Below are positions 1-11,545 of a stretch of 64,000 nt of DNA, piece after piece. A program made the translations under genes and the position numbers. The notes beneath the pieces were generated by a model. The model saw only the letters and a list, made by a program, of their open reading frames with translations, was not told the origin of the DNA and ran no database searches. Source of the stretch: Nemertoderma westbladi (lineage: Eukaryota > Animalia > Xenacoelomorpha); assembly GCA_032718475.1 (NCBI GenBank), contig JAUCBJ010005855.1, positions 4,827 to 68,826 of the forward strand. Direction: 5' to 3'. Numbering within the stretch: the stretch's first letter is position 1; every line of letters begins with the position of its first letter.

Positions 1-468
1 GGTTTTCTGATTATTTATCGATATTCTCCAAATATAACAACATATCCATCAAATGATAACACTTAATAACCGACAGTAAATAACAGTAAAATAATGCGCT
101 GTTCTGAGCCGTGTTGTGTGTCCAGTTTGTACTGGTTTGGTTTGATAACAGTTATACGTTTCTATGATCAAAGCCGTTCTAATGTTTGGCTAAAGTCTGA
201 AACACAGAATAATTCCACAGCCGATGTTCCGGGCTCAAGGAAAAAAGGTAAACAAAGACCATAATGCATTGTGTGAGGCTTCTGTGCAAATAAAATGAAA
301 ATCGCTCTGATTGGTCGAGTGAGTGAGCCTGAACAAAGAAAGCCAAAAGCTCCACGTCGACATATCAGCTGATAGATGTCGTCATCTGAACTACACTGTA
401 TTAAGAGTATTTTGGTGCATTGCAGCATAAAATTGCTAGTTATGTCCGCTAAAGTACACATACAGAAT

Positions 469-547
469 AATGGCTTTTTATGTCCGCTAAAACACCTACA
501 CAGTAAGAAAAATGGCTTTTTATGTCCACTAAAATACCTACACAGTA
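469..547. repeat. 42-bp tandem duplication
   Basis: aatggctttttatgtcc(g/a)ctaaaa(c/t)acctacacagta at 469 and again at 511. Confidence 0.8.
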
Positions 548-800
548 CTTTGCGGGGAAAATGACTAGCTATATCCGCAAAAGCTTTTACACTATCTCTT
601 ACTACACTTCTATACCCCTCTTGTGGGGCATTCTCTGCCCCCCCTCTCTCGCCACTAATCTTCTGTGGTGGGGCGCCCATAGCCCCCCCCCCCCACTCGC
701 CACATCTAACTTCACTATCTCTTACTCCACTACTACACCCCTCTCTAGTCGACACACTAACCTACTGCGGCTGGGTCTATTCACCCCCTCCTCTCTCTCT

Positions 801-945
801 ACTACTGCGTGGCTTATCAGGCCCACCTCGGGTTTGCTCAACCCCGCTACCTCCTGCCTACCAACTACGTGGCATACCAGGCCGCCGTCGGGTTGGCTCA
901 ACCCCGCCACTTCCTGCCTAATAACTACGTGGCCTACCAGGCCCC
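801..945 (+). repeat. 60-bp imperfect tandem repeat (~2.4 units), encoding VAYQA-containing 20-aa units in one frame
   Basis: gtggcNtaYcaggcc recurs at 809, 869 and 929. Confidence 0.75.
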
Positions 946-1218
946 CGTCTGCCGGGTTATGTACGTCCGACACGCTCATATTAATAGCACCATTCCCAAT
1001 ATTATTTGTTAAATCAATTAAATTATTAGAATTTGAAACGGGATAATTATTTAAATTATTTAAATTAGAATTATTATTATTTTCTAGATTTGAATTATTA
1101 TTCGAATTATTTGGATTAATATTATTATTTGAATTTAAATTTAAATTACCGGGTAAAATATTTCCTGTAATAAAGGGATTAGGGTTATCTCCTACGGTAC
1201 TATTAATACCAACATTTC

Positions 1219-2162
1219 CTAAAGTACTACTAATACCCCCCCCCCGCCCGTACGGTTACTGTACGTGTAACGCGCGCTCTGTTCTCTTGCCTCACGCTCT
1301 TTGCGTTCACTCTCTTGCTCCTTCCTTCCCCTCACTATCCACTCTAATTCTTCCATTCCTAATTTATGTGCCAGATTTATCTTCCGCATCCGTCTTTCTT
1401 TTGCGGAGGATGTAGTAGACTTATCGGTTGTGACGGATTCCCGCCGCCCCTCCGTCCTACTAACTTTCCCCCGCCTCCCGGAACTTCCTCCGACCGACGA
1501 TCCCGAATCCTCGGGTTTAACCTCGGATTCGCCCTCCTCAGGTCTCTTCCAACCCACTAATATTGCTTCCCTGGAATCGACTGAGTATGGCCCTATGTAC
1601 ACTGCACCAGGCCCCATACCCCTACATTCCTATAGCCCAAACAGTTCGAAGGCAACGCCTCTCGCTCTCTCCCTGGCTAGTTCTCCCTGCCCAGAACGCA
1701 CTAGGTAATCAAAGTATCTGTTCGACTCACCTAGTCGCCTTTTCAACTTCACCTGGTCTATCTCGGCCCCTGCTCTAGCTTCTTTCAGTTGTTCCCGGGT
1801 CGCGGCGTAGGCTCGTCGGAGCCGGACAACCCCGACATCCTCGTCGCCGACATCTCCTCTCTCCCTCCGGGTCCGGCGTCGTACCGGCGGCTCCACCGTT
1901 GCCGTTCCGGTGGGCCGTCCGTCGCCCTCGGCCTGTGGCTGGCCGGCGACTTCGGCACGTCGACCGCCGCTGTGTGTCGACTCGTCTCTCTCTCCTCCCG
2001 ACTCATCCTCTCGCTGTTGTAGACAGCCCCCTCCATTTGGATTGCCGGATCGTTCGTCGACGGATCCGGCGTCGTGGGTCGATACCGTCTCGCCGTGGCC
2101 TCGTGGATGGTTAGATCGCCGTCCGGGGTCCGCGGCGGTGTCGTCTCTCTCTCTTGACTCAT
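1219..2162 (-). pseudogene. Decayed ORF of unknown family, copy A (one frameshift, one stop)
   Basis: ORFs 1785-2162, 1630-1896 and 1219-1617 are contiguous; YLVRSGQGELARERARGVAFEL...PGAVYIGPYSVD aligns with ORF 45642-46070. Confidence 0.6.
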
Positions 2163-3082
2163 GTCATCTTGGGCAACTTTGGATTTCGTTACTGTTAGGG
2201 CAGCTGCTTGGTCTTTGTTACTGTGACGGGATCGGTCGACCCCGATTTATCCGGTTTGGTTGTTTGCTTACGCGTCCCCGCCGTGTGTAAAAGGAGTTAT
2301 TGTAGTTCTTCCGATGTTATTAATAATATATGTCGGTATGTATATGATAATATGAGATAACTGAGTTAGCACAATTGATGATGGTAATAGGCCTAAGTAT
2401 ACAGCAGTACTGATGGATGATGGTGGCGACGACGGTAACAAAGTCACCGCACTGCCCTGACTGCACTGAGATAACTGAAGTGAATGAATAGCACAACTGG
2501 TAATATATTGCACGGTTGGCCATGTTGCTCTACTCAGTCGATGCTTCCCCCCTATTGGCTAATGACTCACTTCTCACCCTCCTATTTCCCTGGGTGTGTT
2601 TCCCCCTGATGCTGTTACTCTCTCTCTCTCAGGGGTGTAACCCCTGACCCCTATTGTGCGTGTGTTCTCTGGGGCCTATTGTCCCCGTTTACTGGGGTGA
2701 CATGAGGTTGATTGGTAATCAACCTCGTGCTCCCAATATTACTTAGAGGCGCTCTTTCCCACTTTATGGGGGTTTGGTGAGGCGGAATTGAATCCGCTCA
2801 CAACACCAGTACCTCAAGTGGTGTGAGAATCGAGGCTATCCGCTGGATTTCCTCCTCTCCCTCCATGCGTCGAACCCAACACCTCTTGGTCCAGTGCCGA
2901 TCACGCAGCAGCCGTCTTTACCAACGGATGGGGATGGTCCATCAGCACCCCAAAATTTAAATAAGACTACATTGAGTGGGCCAAAATACACCTCTATATA
3001 TCTCCCTACGACCCCACAGTTCCTGCCTGTCGTCCGAGCGCCCGTTATCCGCAAATATAATGCTGACTTCGCTAGGTATTAG

Positions 3083-3568
3083 TGCCAAACGGTCCCGTGT
3101 AACCTCCCATCGTTAGGTAAACTGTTGATCACCAAGTCCGAGCCAACACTGCCTCTTGGTAACCACTCTTGCAATGGGCCTCGTTGCAAATGCTGCTCGG
3201 CCGTTCTAAACCAGCGCCGGACACCATGGGGTGACCCCATCCATAGGAGATTTAACTGCAAATCATTTAATGTGATTTATTTTATCAAATGTAAACTGCA
3301 TCCACACTTGTGGTATCTCGGCCAGACAGAACAGCGTTTACATGAGCGCCTCCGAGGTCACCGTAATGCCATAAATGACGCAGCTGGCAGGGGACTAAGA
3401 GTCAATTTATCGAGCCCTGAAGTCTTTCAACTGCAGCACTTTGCTATTTGTGGGATCGATGCGGTAAATATTACATGTTCTAAAAGGTTTACTAACCACG
3501 AGCGTAGGATTCATTCTGAAGCGGTTCTAATTAACTTGCATCCCCCCCCCCCCCCCCCCCACACTTAA
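3083..3568 (+). mobile_element. Penelope-like element C-terminal fragment: Cys-rich linker + GIY-YIG endonuclease (no RT seen)
   Basis: CNGPRCKCC, FNCKSFNVIYFIKC, WYLGQT, RLHERLRGH, later H and E residues typical of PLE GIY-YIG; hammerhead ribozyme downstream. Confidence 0.85.
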
Positions 3569-4065
3569 CACTGTAGTTCCCCGTATTGGTATGTACTAAA
3601 ACATGTGAACTTTGTTTTGTATATTCTACTTAGGATTTTGTATTAATCAGTTTGGTTTTATTTTATATCTTATTGTTTTGCTAACTATCTGGTTCGCCCC
3701 ACATGCCCGCCTTAATGGTAATTTCAACTCCAGTCATACAGCTGCTATTGGCTTTTTGCATAGCTGGCCCCTCTGGATATTTACCCTATGGCGCAGTTAG
3801 TATTACTCAATCATTTTGTTAGTTTATTTCATTAATTTTAATGATTTTATTACTTCTTTTATTTCTGATGTCTTTTTTTATATGTTTTTATAGATATTCC
3901 ACTTAATAGCAGGATAGGGTACACCATTGGTTTAGTTTTTATTTACTATTATTATTTTAAATTTTTTTTTAAAAGTTTTCAACATTTCAATACTTTTATT
4001 TTAAATTTTGATTTGAGTTAGTTTTGGTGCATTATGAATTTCCGATATAATTTCTAACCATGCTC

Positions 4066-4274
4066 AACTTCTACCGGTCTGCCACTTTACACAGCTAATA
4101 TCTGTGTTAATATCTATATTAAAATAGTCCTAACTACTATACAGTATCATAGCCGTATCGGTTTTGTATAACTTCTACCGGTCTGCCACTTTACACAGCT
4201 AATATCTGTGTTAATATCTATATTAAAATAGTCATAACTACTGTACAGTATCATAGCCGTATCGGTTTTGTATA
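4066..4274. repeat. 104-bp tandem duplication in the PLE 3' region
   Basis: aacttctaccggtctgcc...ggttttgtata starts at 4066 and again at 4170. Confidence 0.9.
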
Positions 4275-4336
4275 TATCTTTTTAGGCTTTGAATTGGTTT
4301 TTTTAGTTAAATTTTATTATTGTGTTTAAAATAATA

Positions 4337-4377
4337 ACCACTGAAGACGCGCGGGAAGCGTGAAATAGCTATATGGT
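4337..4377 (+). ncRNA. Minimal type I hammerhead ribozyme (PLE-associated)
   Basis: acca-CTGAAGA-cgcgcgggaagcgt-GAAA-tagcta-TA-tggt: stem I acca/tggt, CUGANGA and GAAA cores, palindromic stem III atagctat. Confidence 0.8.
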
Positions 4378-4539
4378 AAACTAACAATATTTTATATTAG
4401 CCGTGGCTCAAGACCCTTACTCATCGTAAATATTTATATTTTGAGTATATGCTTACGCCACGAAAGGCATCGTTCCATTACATTAACTCGCTACCATTGA
4501 AGAATACTACAAAAACTCTGACATATTTAAGAACCAGCG

Positions 4540-5455
4540 GATACCAATATACCAAACAAATCAAATTACAAAAGAGGGTTCGTCAAGGGTGTGTGCTCTC
4601 AGCTCTATTATTTCTACTACATCTCGGATCTTATAGACACGCTCATTGACAGCGGACTAGGTGTTTATATTAATACTTTATCCTACTGCGTAGTATCATA
4701 TGCCGACGATATAATTTTACTATCCAACATCAAGTCACACTTATACAAATTAATTAACTTAGCTGAAACCTTCTTCGAGAAACACAACCTCCACATGAAC
4801 ACTACCAAATGTCACTTTTTATCAATAAATTCTAACGGAACCTCATCAACTACAGATGTACTCAATCTCGAACATGCTTGTAATTCGGAGAAGAGAACAA
4901 AATATATGGGTCTACAACAAAATATATGGGAAATGCGCAGGAGAGCAATGCGTGACATTCTTTGTCTCTCGACAATAGAGTTTCAAATAACCTCCTTAGT
5001 GACCTATACAACCTGGATGTTGAACAAACAATACGTTTAAACCAATCACGAGTAATCTAAAACATGTCCAACTGTGGAAATAGGAAAATTCAATATCTAA
5101 TATTGCACGACCTTGTTAGCCACTGGACAACTAGTGCAGTAGACATGTTTAACTCATACCAAAAAACCAGCTGGATGTAAAATTTGCCAACTCTGAACTC
5201 CATTGCGATATCAGAATACAGCCTCAAAGCATGTTCCACAAGATCAAAATCATTACAAGTCACCAATCGCACATATAAAGAAAGATTACAGGCCATGTAC
5301 TGTAAATCCATCATGCAGAATTTTCAATATCCTTTTATACACAGGATTAACCTTATAAAGGACTATAAAGGACTTATAAAGGAATATTAAGTTAACTGTG
5401 ACTACCTGTATGTCATAATCTTGCGTGTAGCCCAGAATCAATCAATCAATCAATA
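4540..5455 (+). pseudogene. Decayed non-LTR (LINE) reverse transcriptase fragment with (CAAT)n tail
   Basis: VRQGCVLSALLF, then a frameshift to GLGVYI...SYADDIILLS; aatcaatcaatcaatcaat at ~5436-5454. Confidence 0.75.
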
Positions 5456-5964
5456 CAGATTTGTAACCAGGTATTCAAATTCGTAATTAGAAATCCAAAT
5501 TCGTAACGTAACAAGGCGCTCAAATTCGAAACTAGTTTAGAGTTGATATCCTGAAAAAAATAGTTAGCGGCTTATGGCCTGTAAAAATATCGGTTTGGTT
5601 TAACTTCGATTCCTTCACGGCGTCTTGACGCCGACTTTAATGTATTTTTCAATATGTGAAAGTTAATGTCGACATCATGTTGAAATTAAACGCTTTGATA
5701 TTACAGTAGTAATTGCAAATGAACAATAAGGAACAAGGCTTTTAGAGGTCGACAAATCTGATGGGATGGGTTCAATATCCTACCCGCGTTTAGTAGAGAA
5801 GTTTTATTCATTTAGCTTCATATATATAGCCTTGATGATAAGATGATAAGATCTTTCTACAGTACATTGTATAATTGTAAACTTATAATAATATTAATCT
5901 ACTGTCGTTTAACCTCCACCAAATTTATACAATTTGAGATTGTGGGTATACCATAAACACGTAC

Positions 5965-6480
5965 AAAGCCTACTGTTCAGTTACAAGCCTACTGATCAGT
6001 TGCAAGCCTACTGTTCAGTTACAAGCCTACTGTTCAGTTGCAAGCCTATTGTTCAGTTACAAGCCTACTGTTCAGTTGCAAGCCTACTGTTCAGTTACAA
6101 GCCTACTGTTCAGTTGCAAGCCTACTGTTCAGTTACAAGCCTACTGTTCAGTTACAAGCCTACTGTTCAGTTACAAGCATCCTGTTCAGTTACAAGCATC
6201 CTGTTCAGTTACAAGCCTACTGTTCAATTACAAGCCTACTGTTCAGTTACAAGCCTACTGTTCAGTTACAAGCCTACTGTTCAATTACAAGCCTACTGTT
6301 CAGTTACAAGCCTACTGTTCAGTTGCAAGCCTACTGTTCAGTTACAAGCCTACTGTTCAATTACAAGCCTACTGTTCAGTTACAAGCCTACTGTTCAGTT
6401 GCAAGCCTACTGTTCAGTTACAAGCCTACTGTTCAGTTACAAGCCTACTGTTCAGTTACAAGCCCACTGTAATTCAGTTA
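5965..6480. repeat. 19-bp minisatellite, ~27 copies
   Basis: unit caagcctactgttcagtt(a/g); explains the three overlapping repetitive ORFs at 5934-6608. Confidence 0.95.
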
Positions 6481-6629
6481 TAACTTATACATTATGGCCT
6501 ACTCTGCACACACAGTATAACTATCAGTTCAATGTAATTCTTTGCCTTACACCTAACAGTTTCCTATTCACCACAATTAGCAACAATAATCGCAAAAAGC
6601 ACTTTTGAGTTTATTTTCTTTCTTTTTAT

Positions 6630-6827
6630 CTACGCAGGATAAACTTGCACTTCACACACCGTCAGGTGCTCGTTTCTTCCTTGATACACCACCACATACC
6701 GCCCACTCTTTCCGTGGCAAGATAACGTGGTGACGTCACTACCATCGTTGATTGTACCACAAAGATTATTAGTGTTGCTAGCGAGACTACGGAGGTATGA
6801 ATCAGAAAGGCTATCCACCACAAATAC
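6630..6827 (-). CDS. F-type lectin exon 5 (domain 2 C-terminal half and stop)
   Basis: tttttacag acceptor; VFVVD...CG...GRYVVVYQ...LTVCEVQVYPA*. Confidence 0.9.
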   Translation of the reverse strand, partial: VFVVDSLSDSYLRSLASNTNNLCGTINDGSDVTTLSCHGKSGRYVVVYQGRNEHLTVCEVQVYPA

Positions 6828-9800
6828 CTGTAAAAATGTAATGTAACTAATTACAATAGGTGAGCGGAGAAAGGTGGGACAAAATTATACATTGATAATA
6901 ATCAATTATGATCTGCCAATTTTGCCCTAACAAAGATACAAGATTTTTTATTAGAGATTTTTTTATTTAAGAGTTATATTACAAGATAGAAATGAGCGCT
7001 GTAAAACAAATTTATCCACATATAAATTTTAAAAATTGAACGAAAAGTGAAACCTGGTATTCTTCACATCGGGCGTATTTAAATATCTCAGCTTTCAGAA
7101 TTTATGGTTTTAGAGGCGTATATTTAATCTTTCTTACAAGTTATAAATCCCTTTCTACCATATTTTTAAAACGACGACGATTTTTATATTATTATAAATT
7201 GTAAAATAACAGCATATAATTAATTGACAATAATTTTTCTTGTCCGTTTAAATCACACATAATGTCAATTTTTTTACTTTTTATGTCCGCATGTAGCCTA
7301 AACAGTTAAATGAGAGAATGATGGTAATTAATAAACATATTTCAGAATTTTAGTACCGGCTGAACGGCTACCTTTTAAATAATTAATAAATTTTAGATAA
7401 TTGATATATATCTGGACAATCATTTAAAATGGATCGACTACTGTAATGTTATGGGTAGCTGTAGTGGTACCTCTAAATCTATAATGTAGTTCTAAACTAA
7501 CAGATCAGTCCTCATACAATGTGTTCGAGAAATCTACTTATTCCCATTTGATAGCGAAAACACACTGATATCGAAAATATCGGGTCGGTTTTAGCTAAAA
7601 AGCAAAGAGGTTGTGCCAATATAGGATACTGTATATAGGATACATATGTATATAGGAACATATAGGATACTGTATACAACTGTAGCCTACGTAATGTAAA
7701 ATACTGTAATGACGGGGTAAAATGTTCCTTTTCCCCAATTGGTAAAGTGGTATTTATTGTTTTGGTTAGAAACACCCGCTCTGTAACCTGCTACTTTCCA
7801 TCAATTGGTAATTGTGATCGTTTATTATTGTTTTAGTTAGAAAAGCCCGCCTATATACGGTAACATGCTCCTTTCCCCCAATACGTAAAGTTTATTGTTA
7901 TGGTTAGAATAGCCCTTCTATGTAACCTGCACCTTTCCCCCAATAGGTAAAGTGATCGTTTATAGTTTTGGTTAGGAAAACCCGCCTCTGGAACCTGTTC
8001 CGTTGCCTCAATATGCCTGACTCTGGAACCTGCTCCTTTGCCTCAATGGGTATAGTGATCGTTTATTGTTTTTGTTACAAAAGACCATCTATGTAACCTG
8101 TTCCTTTCCTTAATTTGATAAAGTGACTGTTTATTATTTTGGTTAGAAAATACCGCCTCTGTAACCTGCTCCATTCCCTCAATTAGTTAATTGATCGTTT
8201 ATTGTTTTGGTTAGAAAATCCCGCCTCTGTAACCTGATCTTTTCCCTCAATTAGTTAAGAGATCGTTTATTGTTTTGGTTAGAAAATCCCGCCACTGTAA
8301 CCTGCTCCTTTCGCTGATTTGGTAAAGTGACCGTTTATTGTTTTGGTTAGAAAGCCCGCCTCTGTAACCTGCTCCTTTCTTTCATTTGGTAAAATGACTG
8401 TTTATTGTTTTGGTTAGAAAATCCCATCTCTGTAACCTGCTCCTTTCCCTCAATTAGTTAAGTGATCGTTTATTGTTTTGGTTAGAAAAGCGTGCTTCTG
8501 AACCTGCTCCTTTCCATCAATTGGTAATTGTTTTTGACTATAAAATTAGTGTTTTGCTACGTCACATGATAATGGATTATCGACAACAACTACAAACTAT
8601 TAAACAATTAAAATTACCACAGGCGCATATGGAAATCTTTCTTATAGTCTATAAATCATGGAATTTTGAATGTTTTGCCACAATTATTGTAAATTAAACT
8701 GTCTGACAGTCAATAAATCAACAAATTTTTAATGTTTTGGCACAGGCATAGTGAAATCACCTGTCCGACAGCCCAGAAATCAGCTATCTGACAGTTTGAA
8801 ATAATACATACATACTGTAAAAAGTCATTAAACGGACAACAAAAGTCATTATCCACAAATCGTAAAAAAGGCGGAGAAAAAAAGTCAAATAAACGGACAT
8901 AAAAAGTCACTGCCTAAGTGATTCCATTACCTTGGCACCGATAATTCTATCACTGCAGCAGTCTTTCCTGTTGTACACCTTAACGTATCCAATTTGTTTC
9001 GAGTTACCAAGATCAACGTGCCACCACCCTGGGGCGATGTTATCGGAGTGGGTGCACGATTTACCGCCGTTAAAGTCACCGTTGGTGTTGCCATCGTTAC
9101 CATGAGAAGCGGCCCCGTTTACATTCGATTGGGTATCCTGCCCAGCTGGTAGACCAACTGCAATGTTACCAGGCCCGACCTCGACCTATTAATTATTATA
9201 CTCTATATAATAAAATCTAAGTTAATGGAAGGCAAAATCAACAACTACTTACGTAAATACAACCGATTAGATATTTCAGATGGTTAACCTGACATATATA
9301 AATATATATGGGCCTCTGGTATTTAAAGAAACTTAAATCGCGTTTTACCTCACACAGAGTAAGATAGTCGGGGCATGGTTGGTAGACTACAAGATAACGA
9401 CCCATGTTACTGTTACAATCAATTCGGATGACACTGTCACCGCAAGTTACTTCACCGCATCGATAAGCTCCAGATGACTGGATTCCTCTAAGGTAGCTGT
9501 CAGATATATCGTTGGTAAGGTACACCTTGATAATAAATTTAAAAAAAAAAAAGTTATCCAAAAACATACTGCTAAACAATATCGGTACGGTACTGTAGTA
9601 GTGCTTATTACAAATAACAAGCCCGCAGTTTACATAAAATCAAACCGACCTTTCTAAATTCCAGTTACAAATATTAATAACAAACCATATTTTACGGCCA
9701 AAAAAAGGGCGAGTACAAAAGAAAGACCCAAGACTTTACTCCCCGTTCTGTACAAGACAAAGAGGTAAATTCGTGTTAAGGCCCAAAGAGCATTAGCTCC

Positions 9801-10427
9801 CACTCTGACATTTAAAGGAGCACGTTAGTGAGGAACTGAGTGTTGGAGGAATCAAAACAATAAACGAAAGTTAACACATGTTACAAGATTATGCAGGTCT
9901 TTATAATTGTGTCTTTGTTTTGTTCTCACCCCCAAGAAGTACTTAAAAGTGTAACGTTTAATATCATTTTTTTTAAACACTGCACTCAGTATAAAAATAT
10001 CATCACGAAGTCCAAATTACCTGCGCTCCAATAATCCGGTCAGCGCAGCAGTCCTGTCGATTGTAGATGGTAACCATACCAACGGACGGCTGTTTGCCAC
10101 CTTCTAACAGGTCTACATGCCACCATCCAGGGACTATATTGTCGGTGTGGGTGCACGATTTCCCATCGTAATCCTGGTCCCTGTTTCCATCCACTGCGTT
10201 GCCTGCACCACCGTTGGCGTTGTATGTGGTATCCTGAGAAATTATAATCGTTCTAAATAAAATCGTGGGCGAATTCAGAACCGTGATATTTGAGGAAAAA
10301 ATACAATTTAGAAAATTAAAGGGATATCATGAAATAACTCACTCACCTGCCCAGTTGGTTTCTTGAGAGCAAGATTGGTCGCCGAGGCAACGGCCACAAA
10401 CAGAGTAAAAACTAATAGTGAACGCAT
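6630..10427 (-). CDS. Secreted F-type lectin (fucolectin-like) with two tandem FTL domains, 5 exons, ~307 aa
   Basis: Exons 10347-10427, 10021-10233, 9349-9525, 8931-9185 and 6630-6827 join in frame via GT-AG phase-0 introns; signal peptide MRSLLVFTLFVAVASA; two copies of CTH...WWHVDL...YNRxDCCxDR...GRY...LTxCEV. Confidence 0.92.
7720..8530. repeat. ~68-bp minisatellite (~12 copies) in lectin intron 4
   Basis: gtaacctgctcctttc...gatcgtttattgttttggttagaaaa recurs with ~68-bp period; one inverted unit also near 44207-44290. Confidence 0.9.
8931..9185 (-). CDS. F-type lectin exon 4 (domain 2 core; absent from the ORF track)
   Basis: Manual translation VEVGPGNIAVG...NDGNTNG...SCTHSDN...WWHVDLG...YNRKDCCSDRIIGAK; flanked by ag and gtaatg. 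Confidence 0.92.
9349..9525 (-). CDS. F-type lectin exon 3 (domain 1 C-terminal half)
   Basis: VYLTND...CG...GRYLVVYQ...LTLCE; flanked by ag and gtaaaa. Confidence 0.88.
10021..10233 (-). CDS. F-type lectin exon 2 (domain 1 core)
   Basis: AVDGN...SCTHT...WWHVDL...YNRQDCCADR; flanked by ag and gtaatt. Confidence 0.92.
10347..10427 (-). CDS. F-type lectin exon 1 (signal peptide + NLALKKPTGQ)
   Basis: ATG at 10427, donor cag|gtgagt, 27 codons. Confidence 0.88.
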
Positions 10428-10529
10428 GTTGGTGGAAATGGGTTGAAATGGTCTAAATGGTCGTGTTGGGAAAATAACTTTTGTTACTTTTGTTGAGTAA
10501 TTGTGAGAATTAAGATAGATAGCACAGCT

Positions 10530-10736
10530 ATAAGTATTATGGATATGCGGGTTAAAGAAGGACTTTAACATAATTATCAACCACATGCTGTACATCTATA
10601 TCCTATTCACTACAATAAATGTTCTGTACAAGTATTATTGATATGCGGCTTAAAGAAGGACTTTAATATATGATCAACCACATGCTGTTTCATCTAGAGG
10701 CCTATCCATTCACTACACAAATTGTTCTGTACAAGT
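10530..10736. repeat. ~101-bp tandem duplication upstream of the lectin gene
   Basis: aagtattat...gatatgcgg..taaagaaggacttta...tgttctgtacaagt occurs twice. Confidence 0.85.
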
Positions 10737-11164
10737 TCTGTAGTTATGTTACTAGAATTCCAGGGGTAGTTTTACCGTAATCTACTAAATAGCCATATGT
10801 TAGAATTTTCAAAATGTAGGCCGGTGTTCGGACACTTCCCCCCCGGCCATTTGGTAAGGTCAACGGACCGCTTGTATCCAGATAAGTTGTATCCAATTTT
10901 CCTTTCGTAGCTCAGAAAGTGATCTTTTGCATCCCGATTTTACATTTTATAACCAAGTTTTATCAATGCAATTACATCGTATTGTTTGCTAATCTTTAAA
11001 CAATTAATTATATTAGATGACCTATATGATGAATTATTTCACTATAAGGTAGCATTTGTAGTTTAACTTTAACGTAAAAACTTTCGAAAATCCGACGCAT
11101 TTTGATTAAGTTACAGTAATGTAATATGCCTATTCATATTTGTACACATAAAACCCTTAGGTAC

Positions 11165-11240
11165 TCTCGTGGCGTAGTGGTCAGATGGTTAAGGCGTTGG
11201 TTACATTACATAGGTTACGAGTTCGAATCCCGGTCGGGAA
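11165..11240 (+). promoter_or_regulatory. tRNA-like Pol III internal promoter (A box + B box) inside the LTR
   Basis: TGGCGTAGTGG at 11170-11180, TGGTTAAGGCG, GAGTTCGAATCC at 11219-11230; present in all four LTR copies. Confidence 0.65.
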
Positions 11241-11316
11241 ATTTGTATTTTGGGGCCATTTATTTTCGTTTGGTGCTAATTGGTAGGCCAATGAGAAGCG
11301 TACAACGTAGCGAATG

Positions 11317-11545
11317 ATGAGCCAGGCCAATCATAGGGCATAAATTATCTTATTGCTCAAATGTGAGGCAGTGGAAAATTCTGTTAGGATTCCATGTCCC
11401 AGATTAGTGTAAGGGCCGGATTGCGTTGAACGATGAGCTGGGCCAATCATAGGGCACGAAGCACTTTATTGCTCAAATGTGAAGCTGTGGAAAATTCTGT
11501 TTAGTTTCCATGTGCGATATTTAGTATAAAAGGCCGGTTTGCCTT
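11317..11545 (+). promoter_or_regulatory. LTR U3 ~115-bp duplicated CCAAT module followed by TATA box
   Basis: gatgagc..ggccaatcatagggca... twice; TATAAAA at 11525-11531; only one module in the element 3 LTRs. Confidence 0.6.

Noticed and set aside
353-385. Hairpin gacatatcagctgatagatgtc as a Helitron end or ribozyme
   Set aside because: No adjacent CTRR terminus or hammerhead core could be placed.
168-1046. ORFs of 195 aa (minus) and 174 aa (plus)
   Set aside because: No recognisable motifs; they overlap tandem repeats and low-complexity DNA.
5934-6608. Three overlapping ORFs of 144-224 aa
   Set aside because: Artefact of a stop-free 19-bp minisatellite read in all frames.
7720-8530. Possible CRISPR array
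   Set aside because: The whole 68-bp unit repeats with no unique spacers; an intronic minisatellite.
11165-11240. Functional tRNA gene
   Set aside because: A and B boxes are present but there is no convincing acceptor or anticodon stem; kept only as a tRNA-like promoter.
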